IMG/VR virus record: IMGVR_UViG_3300025326_000030
Span: 753 to 64,752 of that record
DNA length: 64,000 nt
Origin: a virus
Taxonomy: Duplodnaviria; Caudoviricetes
Reading direction: 5' to 3' (one strand)
Each line of letters begins with the position of its first letter. Within the stretch, counting starts at the first letter, position 1. The translations under genes were made by a program, and so were the position numbers. The notes under the pieces were generated by a model that saw nothing but the letters and a program-made list of their open reading frames with translations, did not search any database and was not told where the DNA came from. Below are positions 8,764 to 17,688 of this stretch, in pieces.

Positions 8764-9945
8764 ATGCCATACGGCGGTCCAAATGACCCCGATTTGCCAA
8801 CTGGTGTCCAAAAACTATCACTTCAGCAGAGAAAGCGATTCGTCGCCGCCTTCAATAATGTGATGGCAGATTGTGGTTCTGGACCAAAGTGTGAAGAAAA
8901 GGCATTCAAGATTGGATATAGTGCAGCTAAAGGTCAAAAAGACATGGAAGATGAGTTCGTGATTGAGCGCGTAGGGGATACCATACGCTGTGTAGGGGGT
9001 TGCTTACAACGCTCAAAGGTGGATGGGAAAATCCATTATTTCGATTATTTGGGTTTTCCGTATGAAGGACCCATGCTCGGAGGATTGGATTTGCACCGAA
9101 CACGCTTTACCCCGAATACTGATTTGGGGTGGCTCGGACATGTCATGCCTGTCTATTTCGATCATGGGCTGTTCCCTGAAATTCGGTCTACCGTGATCGG
9201 GGAAGCAAGAATCGGGGAGGAAACTCCTACTGGAAGATTGGTACAAATTGCTATCGATGAAGCTAATCGTTATTGGGACTTCATTGATGAACTGGATCAC
9301 ATGGGACTCCTTCGTGGCAGTGGACAGGCTATCTCAACACTCTATGAGATAGATGAAAACAGCCGCGAGATTGTCCGCTTTCACCCAGGGGAATACAGTC
9401 TTACCATTCGTCCCTCAAATTTTCTGGCAGAACCCGCACGGAGTGTGTTCACTAAACATGGAGTAAGTTATAAAGGACTGGAAAAAGTCATGGAATCAGA
9501 AGTTCAAGTTGAAGAGACTCGCGCAATGACAGACGAAGAGAAGAAAAAGATGGAAGAGGAAATGGCAAAGAAAGATGCCGGAACCACTCGCCATGCTGAT
9601 GAAGTTGCGGCAGTCTTTAAGCAATCTGAAGAAACTTTGCGTACCGTTGATAATCAGGCAGTTCTGGATTTGCTGAGAACTGTGGAAACTGGTGTTCAGC
9701 AGTTGACGCGGCGATTGGATACGCTTGATAGCGAAATCAAAGACATTAAGACTGCCAATATCGAGAATGCGCGGCATTATGTTGCCGCGATGGAACAGGC
9801 GGTTACTCGTGTACGCGCTATGTCTGGTTCCGAAATTGACGTGGTGCGTTCTCAGTCCGAGCAGTCAGTTCCCGCTCGCACGTCTGTTTCAGGTGCGCGG
9901 TTGGGTTCACCTGGCGCGTATAACACAAGAGGAAATGGACGATGA
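8764..9945 (+). CDS. ChaB-like domain plus prohead protease/scaffold protein
   Basis: N-terminus MPY..DLP..V..L...RFVAAFN...EEKAFKIGYSAAK resembles ChaB; central FDHG protease-like region; C-terminal coiled coil; immediately upstream of capsid. Confidence 0.6.
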   Translation: MPYGGPNDPDLPTGVQKLSLQQRKRFVAAFNNVMADCGSGPKCEEKAFKIGYSAAKGQKDMEDEFVIERVGDTIRCVGGCLQRSKVDGKIHYFDYLGFPYEGPMLGGLDLHRTRFTPNTDLGWLGHVMPVYFDHGLFPEIRSTVIGEARIGEETPTGRLVQIAIDEANRYWDFIDELDHMGLLRGSGQAISTLYEIDENSREIVRFHPGEYSLTIRPSNFLAEPARSVFTKHGVSYKGLEKVMESEVQVEETRAMTDEEKKKMEEEMAKKDAGTTRHADEVAAVFKQSEETLRTVDNQAVLDLLRTVETGVQQLTRRLDTLDSEIKDIKTANIENARHYVAAMEQAVTRVRAMSGSEIDVVRSQSEQSVPARTSVSGARLGSPGAYNTRGNGR

Positions 9946-11432
9946 CCGTTACTCAACTCCCACAGAACTATAATCCTATAGGTCTGCCACAAGAACTTAT
10001 TCATGATTATCTGCGTTATGCGGCGGATCATGGATATAATCTCAAAGACCCTGTAAGCATCAATCGCGCCTGGGGTCAGTTTTCCAATGAGGCGATGGGT
10101 AATAACTGGTATCAATCCGGACAAGAAGCCCGTAATGTTTTAGTGGGTCCCTATACCCAGGCTAATAAGCTCTATGATAGCGGTCCCTTCTCATGGCAGC
10201 AGGAAGATATTCTTTCTGATGTAGTGCCTCCTGGTTCTGATCTGGTCCGGTGGATTCCCACTTCTCAAACCAATGTGCAGAATGCGGTTGTAACGCATAT
10301 TTCATGGGTAGCTCCTAATGGTTGGGGTGGTACAGACTATGCGGCATTTCTGGCAGGTCTGGATATTGCCGAATGCGAATATGGTCCTGACTCAAAATGG
10401 AACGGCTTCCAGTACCAGGTTGGATATGGAACTTTCAGTTTTACTTCTCCTACCTTTCATATCCTTGAAACCCATGTGATGCAGTTCGCCTATGAACGTT
10501 CTCCACGCTTCTACTTCCGAGGTCCCAACGCAGGTCTGAAAATCATGAATGACGAAGACCTGGGCGTGGCAATGACCATGATCAACGCACAGGCTCACTT
10601 GCACTATGTAACCATTTATGGCGACGTGTCCAATTCTGTCATGGAATATGATGGACTGGATACCATTATTGTGAATGGGTATGTGTTAGCTCGTGTGGTG
10701 CCTGGTTCTGGTGGTACGGTAGACTTCGCTAATCCGCTGATCATTGATGGTTCCGTTCTGGCAACCATTGGTGACGTAGTGCAGACTATCCGCCGTGCCG
10801 TTCGTTTCCAGCGCAAACGCCTCTCTATCCGACAAGAAACTCTAAACGATGGTGATATGGCAGTAGTCATGTCCACTGCCCATTGGCACGCGATTGCCGA
10901 ACACCTAGCCGCCAGTCCAATGGTGACGGGAATAGGTGCTGCTCTCTATGTGGTGCCTGGTGATGCTGAAGAGCGTTTGAATCGGCTGATTTCGGATAAG
11001 ACCTTCAATGTAGATGGTCGTCCGGTTGCGGTCCTGATTGAAGATGCGTTGGCAACTGCCAGCAATAATGACACAACCGCTACGGGTGAAATTCAGCTTC
11101 TAGTGCGGTCTATCAGTGGTATGAATATTCTCGAACATGAGTTTATCAATTGGGATGTTGGCAATAACAACAATGCCAATATTCAGATTCAGACCATGCG
11201 TACTGGTCTGGGTGGTATCGCCCGATATGGATGGATTCAGGAAAATCAGGAATGCTACTACTTCTTCGTGAAGATGGGTGGACGCCTCCTGACTCGCGCC
11301 AATCCCTATCAGTGCCGTATCACATCGGTTACGGTGCCTCTGGAAGAACCTGCTATGCTGGAAAGTGCTACCTTTACTGATGGCTACTATGCAACTGTAG
11401 TAGCGGGTGGTGCTTTGGGTGCAGGAGTCTAA
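9942..11432 (+). CDS. Probable major capsid protein
   Basis: 496 aa after scaffold, ATGA coupling, IYGD....EYDGL motif common in HK97-fold capsids. Confidence 0.65.
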   Translation: MTVTQLPQNYNPIGLPQELIHDYLRYAADHGYNLKDPVSINRAWGQFSNEAMGNNWYQSGQEARNVLVGPYTQANKLYDSGPFSWQQEDILSDVVPPGSDLVRWIPTSQTNVQNAVVTHISWVAPNGWGGTDYAAFLAGLDIAECEYGPDSKWNGFQYQVGYGTFSFTSPTFHILETHVMQFAYERSPRFYFRGPNAGLKIMNDEDLGVAMTMINAQAHLHYVTIYGDVSNSVMEYDGLDTIIVNGYVLARVVPGSGGTVDFANPLIIDGSVLATIGDVVQTIRRAVRFQRKRLSIRQETLNDGDMAVVMSTAHWHAIAEHLAASPMVTGIGAALYVVPGDAEERLNRLISDKTFNVDGRPVAVLIEDALATASNNDTTATGEIQLLVRSISGMNILEHEFINWDVGNNNNANIQIQTMRTGLGGIARYGWIQENQECYYFFVKMGGRLLTRANPYQCRITSVTVPLEEPAMLESATFTDGYYATVVAGGALGAGV

Positions 11433-11816
11433 TTGATGGAAATCTATAACCTGGCACATCCCATGCCTGGTCAACCTGTGAAGGCGGGGGGATTAGTTGT
11501 TCTAGTCCCCCCACAGGGGGAATCTACTGGCGATATTGTTCAAGATGAAATTCGCAAGTATAAACCCCAGGATGCCAAGCAAGAACAGGCGTTGCGAAAA
11601 CTGACCGAAAAGCGAATCTTGCAAATTGTGGATTGGACACGGACTAAAGAAGGTAAGATGTTGCTCTCTATCTATCCCCCTGGTTCTAAACAGAACCATC
11701 AGGAAGATGTGGTGACGGAACTGCAACGTCAAATTCAAGAACTTCAAGCAAAACTAAGTGAATCGCCTGCTCCCAAGCGGCGCGGGCGTCCTAAGAAAGA
11801 GGTTGTAAATGGCTGA
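11433..11816 (+). CDS. Hypothetical head-associated protein
   Basis: Follows capsid; C-terminal coiled coil and AT-hook-like KRRGRPKK. Confidence 0.55.
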   Translation: MMEIYNLAHPMPGQPVKAGGLVVLVPPQGESTGDIVQDEIRKYKPQDAKQEQALRKLTEKRILQIVDWTRTKEGKMLLSIYPPGSKQNHQEDVVTELQRQIQELQAKLSESPAPKRRGRPKKEVVNG

Positions 11817-12264
11817 TATTCATTTGTACCCCAATATGCTGTTTGGGCGAAATCGTGATGAACCCGAACTGTGGGTTGGTTATGTTGAGGCTGATGCCGG
11901 AACCGTATCCAGTCCAACCAAGCTAGATTTGGCGCAAACTGATCAGGCAGGTAATCAGGACGATCTGGCAATCACGTTTGATGCCGTAAATAACGAACTG
12001 GATTTAGCAGCCAGTAACGCTTATCTGATTATCATTCAGGTTGATCAAACTGGTGCATCTGGCTCCATCGAAGTCTATAATGTAACGGGTTCTGCTATCC
12101 TCTTTACGACTGCCGATGAAGAGGGCGAAAAGATTCTGGTTCGATATTTGCGAACGACTACGGCTATCTCCATCTCCATCAGGGCAGATGACCAAACCGC
12201 GAATAGCACAGGCGCAGACGAATCCGTAATCATGGTTTATCGTCTTGGTGCAGTGCAGACCTAA
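11809..12264 (+). CDS. Hypothetical virion protein (possible decoration protein)
   Basis: Beta-rich, Ala/Thr/Asp-rich, in head module. Confidence 0.5.
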   Translation: MADIHLYPNMLFGRNRDEPELWVGYVEADAGTVSSPTKLDLAQTDQAGNQDDLAITFDAVNNELDLAASNAYLIIIQVDQTGASGSIEVYNVTGSAILFTTADEEGEKILVRYLRTTTAISISIRADDQTANSTGADESVIMVYRLGAVQT

Positions 12265-12267
12265 TGT

Positions 12268-12576
12268 ATGGCTAATTGCTCGAAATGTCGCAGTCGGCGG
12301 CGTAGTGGTGGCAGACTATCACCCCATTTTGCGGTGAATCCGAATACTGGATTAGAGTCTGCCACCATTATTTTCGATGCAGATCGGGTACTTTGTTCTG
12401 AATCCAACTTTCGTTGTGTAAGGGTTACTCCTAAAGGCGGAAGTGTTGTGGTCTACCTGCGAGACCTGGTTTACTGGATTCAGCATGGCGTATCAGGCAT
12501 TACTTTTGTCCATTCTAAGGAAGAAGCGCGTTTTTTGGCGCTCTATCCAACCATTAGGCAGAGTGATTATGCGTGA
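12268..12576 (+). CDS. Hypothetical protein
   Basis: N-terminal CxxC plus basic stretch; in morphogenesis operon. Confidence 0.55.
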   Translation: MANCSKCRSRRRSGGRLSPHFAVNPNTGLESATIIFDADRVLCSESNFRCVRVTPKGGSVVVYLRDLVYWIQHGVSGITFVHSKEEARFLALYPTIRQSDYA

Positions 12577-12955
12577 ACTTATTCTCTATTTACTAACCAT
12601 TGGTTTCCTTGCACGGATTGCCTCAATCGAGTATGAGGGTCCTCTGGCAAGTTCGGTGAGGACTGTCCTCTGGAAAGACGCAGACCAATTTCCTTTTAGC
12701 AGACCCTTGAATCTATTTGATTGGTTGCGTAGACCATTTGGCATTTATACCATTAATGGTTATGTCTGGGAAGTTAAGGACAAAGTGTATCTGTGGTTTT
12801 GTCCCTTCTGCCTATCTTTTCGTATTAACCTGGTTTTACTGGTTCCCTATTTATTGGTTTCTGCTAACTCTTACAACTTGTTAGAGGTTGTGCTTCTGGT
12901 CTTTGCCCCCTCTGCGTTGGCGGGCTTTATGATAGGGAGTCTAAACCATGAGTGA
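12569..12955 (+). CDS. Membrane protein, DUF1360-like
   Basis: Hydrophobic helices with WFCPFCLS motif; start taken at ATG 12569. Confidence 0.5.
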   Translation: MRELILYLLTIGFLARIASIEYEGPLASSVRTVLWKDADQFPFSRPLNLFDWLRRPFGIYTINGYVWEVKDKVYLWFCPFCLSFRINLVLLVPYLLVSANSYNLLEVVLLVFAPSALAGFMIGSLNHE

Positions 12956-14339
12956 CTTCTTTGATGCTTACAATATCAATCGCCGTATTGTAAAAGATGA
13001 TTTTGAGTTAACTCTCAATGCGCTGCCCGTGAATCTACTGGACTTTGCTCTAATATCCAATATGCGGGAGCGCGTCTATGGTGTTCGCATTTTTGGTGGT
13101 GAGGAATGTTCAAGTTCATGTTGCCTCAATAACAAAGCGCGGCAAGCCCTCTGGCGTATCCTTTTCAATATTCAACAGATGATTATTTCCAAGAAACGAT
13201 TGCTTGCTGGTCCAGCCTATATTCAAGATACGGTTTTTATTGACCATTCGACGCGCTCTATCTATACGCGCCTGAGTGGAGTAGAAACGATTAATGTAGT
13301 AGAAACCCTTGAATTTGTGACCAATCTTGTTATCTCGCCTTTTCTTATTCATGATGTTGAATTGAAACTTGAACCTGATGGTGAATTTGTTGAGGCGCAT
13401 TTTGATAGTACGATTGCCCTAAATCCTCATGAAACGATTCTAAGAGATGCCAGTTCTTATGCTCAATTTGACTGGCAACTTCAGGCTAATTATCCCGCCG
13501 AGGATGGATTCAACTGGGTGATGCCTGTGGGTACTTCCATGCCCCTTAGTTACGCAGCTAATCCAGCGGTAGAGATTAATTTGCAATCCTATGAATATAT
13601 GATGGCAGAAGTTGATCCCATTAGTGGTGTAACCTTGAGCAATTGTGTGGTCATGCACCCCAATACTCAACAGATATTGCCTTTTGCGAAATCACCAGAG
13701 GAAGTATTGAGTCAGGGCAAATTGCGTTGGCGCTTCTGGTTTTATTCCTGGACGCTAGGCAGACCTGAATTTGCCAATGACACAATTGATCTGGTAGAAG
13801 GCGAATTCTACAAATTGTACCGCGTTCTTGAACTCTACGAACGGAAAGAAGAAGAATTAACTGGTACGATTTACTATCAGGAATATCTGAATGACTGCCA
13901 ACCAGAAGAAATCGAGTATAAGTCTGAGGATACTGACTTCCATATCATTGATGGTTATTCGGGCATCGTGAAATATGATGAACTTAGCAATGACGTGTTA
14001 TCGGTTCCCCATAAGCGATACCGCGCCAGAGTTTATTACAAAGTTAACCCCCTGGTTAGAGAAGACCTCTTTCAGGACTCCATAGAGGAATTGCGGAGAG
14101 CGATTGTTGCCAAAACTGCGGCAACCATTAATCTCGAAAGCTGCGATTGCGTGTGTAATGTCGATGGTGAGCATAAGGACTATATCAGTCAAATGCAACA
14201 GTCTTATACTAAGCAATCCTCGAATCCCTTCACGGGTCAAACTACGGTAAACTACTTCTATGGACACCGCGAAGGCGATCTGCTATTCGCTGAAGTGATG
14301 AAGGGTATCAAGTTACGCAATAAAGTGGTAACGATATAA
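12948..14339 (+). CDS. Probable head-tail connector/neck protein
   Basis: 463 aa between head and tail genes; function inferred from position. Confidence 0.4.
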   Translation: MSDFFDAYNINRRIVKDDFELTLNALPVNLLDFALISNMRERVYGVRIFGGEECSSSCCLNNKARQALWRILFNIQQMIISKKRLLAGPAYIQDTVFIDHSTRSIYTRLSGVETINVVETLEFVTNLVISPFLIHDVELKLEPDGEFVEAHFDSTIALNPHETILRDASSYAQFDWQLQANYPAEDGFNWVMPVGTSMPLSYAANPAVEINLQSYEYMMAEVDPISGVTLSNCVVMHPNTQQILPFAKSPEEVLSQGKLRWRFWFYSWTLGRPEFANDTIDLVEGEFYKLYRVLELYERKEEELTGTIYYQEYLNDCQPEEIEYKSEDTDFHIIDGYSGIVKYDELSNDVLSVPHKRYRARVYYKVNPLVREDLFQDSIEELRRAIVAKTAATINLESCDCVCNVDGEHKDYISQMQQSYTKQSSNPFTGQTTVNYFYGHREGDLLFAEVMKGIKLRNKVVTI

Positions 14340-14351
14340 TCGGAGTAACAC

Positions 14352-15887
14352 ATGTCAACGATTAATTCAAGAATTCCCTCTCAGTGGGGTCCAAAAGTCA
14401 CCAATAAGAGTTATGTCTTGTTGATGAAAGATGCGGATTATCATGATCCGGTCATCCCCCTTCCTGGTTTTGCAGTTGGCACGCCTGATCTACAGAGACA
14501 AGATGCGGTAACTATTCGCGACTTCTCTTATACTGGCGGTTATGTGGTGGAACGCGAGTTTTATGCAAAGGCATCCTTCGTTCGTTCTTCTGCCTTCCAG
14601 ATCAACTTTCTTCCAGGTGCAGTGTGGACCCCAATTGACCAGGTGGCAAATGCTGGTCGGCGCGGCGGCGCACCTTGTAAGCGCGATTTTTTTGCGGTTG
14701 CAAAGTGTACCGATGATGATGCGCGTTATGCTCACTTCTATGCTTTCCCTCGATCTGTACTAGATGAATCCGAACAAGCTAATGAATTGATTGTTACTAC
14801 GGGTGACGCAGTAGCAGTAGATCGCCAAGCCATGCTTCATACTCCCCGAACCAATCTCTATTGGGCTTTGGGCGTAGATGAACAGCAGACCGATACTGAA
14901 GCTCTCTATGCGATTGCCTTCCGTTTTGCAGATTGCCAGTCCTGCCCGCTAGACCCGCACCAACTGGGTGTTTATGGTGGTGGCGATGGAACGGGAGTGC
15001 CTATCTATAAATCCACAGATGATCGCTTTGCGACAAGCTCTGCAATCTCCAACTCAATTCCCTCTGGGTCTATCATCACCGATCTATTCACCAACGGTAA
15101 TGTAATTGTAGCGACCTATGCGGATACCATTGATCCTGTGACAGCCACCACTGGTGGCATTGCCTACAGCACAGATGGTGGCACAACGGTTTCTGTGGCT
15201 TCGGGTATCACCAATGCACTTTATGGTGTGACTCAAGGCGCGGGATACTACTGGGCAGTGGGCAAGGATGGCGTTATTGTCCGCGCTCGTAATCTTGCTT
15301 CGTGGTCTACCTTTACACAAACCGTCTTTGCTACGCCCGATGCACTCTATAAGATTGCCCATGATCCAAATACCAACTATCTGTATGTTTGTGGATGGAC
15401 TGGGGCTGATGGTGTGGCAGGTCGCATCAATGGCAACTCCATCACAGACATCAGCACTGATGTGAATGTGACGGGTAAGAAACTATACGATGTGGCAGTT
15501 CTCGGCAATGAAGGCAGCGCACCAATTGAAGACTTCAATCATGTGGTCTTTGTTGGTCAGGCTGGCACCATGCGCGAGAATGAAGATGCTGCCAGTGGCG
15601 GAACCTATACCTCAGTAGCAGTTGCCGCAACCACTGATGACCTCTACTTTGTTGGTGGAGATAAGATACGTACCATCGTAGCAGGCGGAACGCGTGTTTA
15701 TGAGCGTTCACCTCTCTATGAAGACGACACTATTTTCACTGCTCTTCCAGTCAATCCTGGAACTACGGTAACTGGCAACATTCGTGGTGGCGCAACAGGC
15801 GAAACCTGGGAAGGTGCCTCGCACTTTGCTTTTGTCACTTCCACTGGCGAAGTCATTGTAGTAGCGCCGTATACACCTGACGACTAA
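14352..15887 (+). CDS. Probable major tail protein with C-terminal beta-propeller-like domain
   Basis: Upstream of chaperones and tape measure, followed by a terminator; YSTDGG, WAVGKDG, FVGQAG, VAGG repeats typical of BNR/YCF48-like propellers. Confidence 0.5.
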   Translation: MSTINSRIPSQWGPKVTNKSYVLLMKDADYHDPVIPLPGFAVGTPDLQRQDAVTIRDFSYTGGYVVEREFYAKASFVRSSAFQINFLPGAVWTPIDQVANAGRRGGAPCKRDFFAVAKCTDDDARYAHFYAFPRSVLDESEQANELIVTTGDAVAVDRQAMLHTPRTNLYWALGVDEQQTDTEALYAIAFRFADCQSCPLDPHQLGVYGGGDGTGVPIYKSTDDRFATSSAISNSIPSGSIITDLFTNGNVIVATYADTIDPVTATTGGIAYSTDGGTTVSVASGITNALYGVTQGAGYYWAVGKDGVIVRARNLASWSTFTQTVFATPDALYKIAHDPNTNYLYVCGWTGADGVAGRINGNSITDISTDVNVTGKKLYDVAVLGNEGSAPIEDFNHVVFVGQAGTMRENEDAASGGTYTSVAVAATTDDLYFVGGDKIRTIVAGGTRVYERSPLYEDDTIFTALPVNPGTTVTGNIRGGATGETWEGASHFAFVTSTGEVIVVAPYTPDD

Positions 15888-15923
15888 ACCTGTAATTGCC
15901 TAACTAAGAACAACTTGCTACAA

Positions 15924-15959
15924 TAAATCTGAGGAATCCCCTCAGATTTAGTTTTTCTT
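15924..15959 (+). terminator. Intrinsic terminator
   Basis: TAAATCTGAGG-AATCC-CCTCAGATTTA followed by GTTTTTCTT. Confidence 0.75.
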
Positions 15960-15976
15960 AAGGAGTTCTTAAGGTT

Positions 15977-16732
15977 ATGGCAAAGCAAATCAAAAGAAAA
16001 GGCACTTCTCGTAACAAGTCTCTTGAGGTGTTGAATGAGCAAGTGTTTGTAGAAGTAAAAGATATTGGCAAAATAGAAATTTCTCTCAATGAAAAGGCTG
16101 CCAAGCGCATTCAGGATTATTTTGATATTATCTGTGAACAGCGATTGGTTAAGCAAATTAGTCCCGATGCGTTAGTCTCACAATATCAGAATGATGTTAT
16201 TGTAAAGGGATTTATGAGTCAGGGACATGCTTTGGTAGATGCCTTTGAACGCGCAAAGTTATATTATCAAAAGCGAACCAATGAAGCACAGGTTCATGCT
16301 ACAATGGTTGCCCTCATGGATAACAATTTTGAAATCGATAAGGTTTACTCTCCCAGTGGTCGCGTATTATGGAAAGCGCGTCTGCGAAATGATCTGGGGC
16401 AGATAGAATTACCCAATGAAGAGACCGATGAAGAAGAAGAATATATGCGCTCAATGGGTAAGGCTCCCGATTTAAAACATAATCTGGATAATCCGCTGGA
16501 ACAAAAGCTCGCCATTATTGATGAACTGATTCGCCTTCATGCTGAAACAAAATCTACTGCTGAATCTTCCATGATGGATATTGTAATGGATATGTTTACC
16601 CGTATTGCAGAGCGTATTGGTCGGGGCGATTTTACACCGGAGGCAACTGAAGTTGACGAGGCGGGGTTTCAGCCTGAACGATTGGATAACGATTCACTTG
16701 CGGAGATTAATGCCATTAGTGAAACGGTATAA
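15977..16732 (+). CDS. Probable tail assembly chaperone
   Basis: Acidic helical protein between tail tube and tape measure. Confidence 0.5.
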   Translation: MAKQIKRKGTSRNKSLEVLNEQVFVEVKDIGKIEISLNEKAAKRIQDYFDIICEQRLVKQISPDALVSQYQNDVIVKGFMSQGHALVDAFERAKLYYQKRTNEAQVHATMVALMDNNFEIDKVYSPSGRVLWKARLRNDLGQIELPNEETDEEEEYMRSMGKAPDLKHNLDNPLEQKLAIIDELIRLHAETKSTAESSMMDIVMDMFTRIAERIGRGDFTPEATEVDEAGFQPERLDNDSLAEINAISETV

Positions 16733-17075
16733 CGATGACGGCAGTGCATCAATTGAAACCCTTGGGGAACGCTATGAAAGAGTTATCGATCTTATCTGGG
16801 GTGAAAAAGCAGAGGATGAACAGAATAAAAATTACCGCGAACGTCTTCTGGGCCCCGATCTGATAGTCGCGGTTCCCAGTCGATACTCAATTGTTGATTT
16901 CAAGAAACAATACCTTGGAGAGTGGGCCGCAATGAGCTTTGAAGAAAAAGGCGAGTTGATTGCCCACTCAATTTTGAATAATCAAGCGGAATTGGTAAAG
17001 GAACATCTGAGATTACAGTCACAAATTCGGAAAGAAAACGAAGCAAAGGTGCAGCGTGAGCGTAAAGGTAAATAA
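16605..17075 (+). CDS. Probable second tail assembly chaperone ORF (own start at 16710 or frameshift extension)
   Basis: Overlaps the previous ORF in the +1 frame; EWAAMSFEEK motif. Confidence 0.45.
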   Translation: MQSVLVGAILHRRQLKLTRRGFSLNDWITIHLRRLMPLVKRYNDDGSASIETLGERYERVIDLIWGEKAEDEQNKNYRERLLGPDLIVAVPSRYSIVDFKKQYLGEWAAMSFEEKGELIAHSILNNQAELVKEHLRLQSQIRKENEAKVQRERKGK

Positions 17076-17688
17076 GGCAAACCTGGCAGAACTTGTTAGA
17101 GAAGTCAAACAGGATGCTAAACGACTGGTTAAAAAGGACGTAAAACGAATCAACCAGGAGATTAAGGATGTGGTAGATCGCTGGTTTGACGATTTTGGTC
17201 GAAACTGGACACCTACCTACACGCCTATCACCGACTCACGTAACTTTAAGGGTAAGAATGCCGCCAAAATCGCGGGTGTCTTTGACCGACGCCAACAAAT
17301 TTGGCAAGGTATCCAGGTAAATTATGATATTGGGGACAGTCCCCAAGTAAGTCCCATTGCCTTGAATGTAGACTGGGAAATTGGGATTACTGTCCTCAAT
17401 AATGAAGGCAAGACCCATAATCTGTGGTATTGGTTGGATCGAGGAACACAACCCTTTACCCAACAAGCTACCAGTCCTTTTCTAGGTCCCCAATACGCTG
17501 GACCCATAAAAGCAGGAAAAACCAGACCTGCCTTAGAAGCACGTGCATGGTCTTACGATATTAAGGATGCAGTTGTCGCTCATTTCAATCGGATGAAAGG
17601 CACCCTCGAAGATGATGGATGGGTCATCAGGTTTAGAATAGATGACCCAGAATACTCGGTTTATCCTGAAACCAAGGCGATTCGCTAA
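17056..17688 (+). CDS. Hypothetical tail-module protein
   Basis: 210 aa, TAATG coupling with tape measure; WYWLDRGT resembles HK97 gp10-like proteins. Confidence 0.5.
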   Translation: MSVKVNKANLAELVREVKQDAKRLVKKDVKRINQEIKDVVDRWFDDFGRNWTPTYTPITDSRNFKGKNAAKIAGVFDRRQQIWQGIQVNYDIGDSPQVSPIALNVDWEIGITVLNNEGKTHNLWYWLDRGTQPFTQQATSPFLGPQYAGPIKAGKTRPALEARAWSYDIKDAVVAHFNRMKGTLEDDGWVIRFRIDDPEYSVYPETKAIR

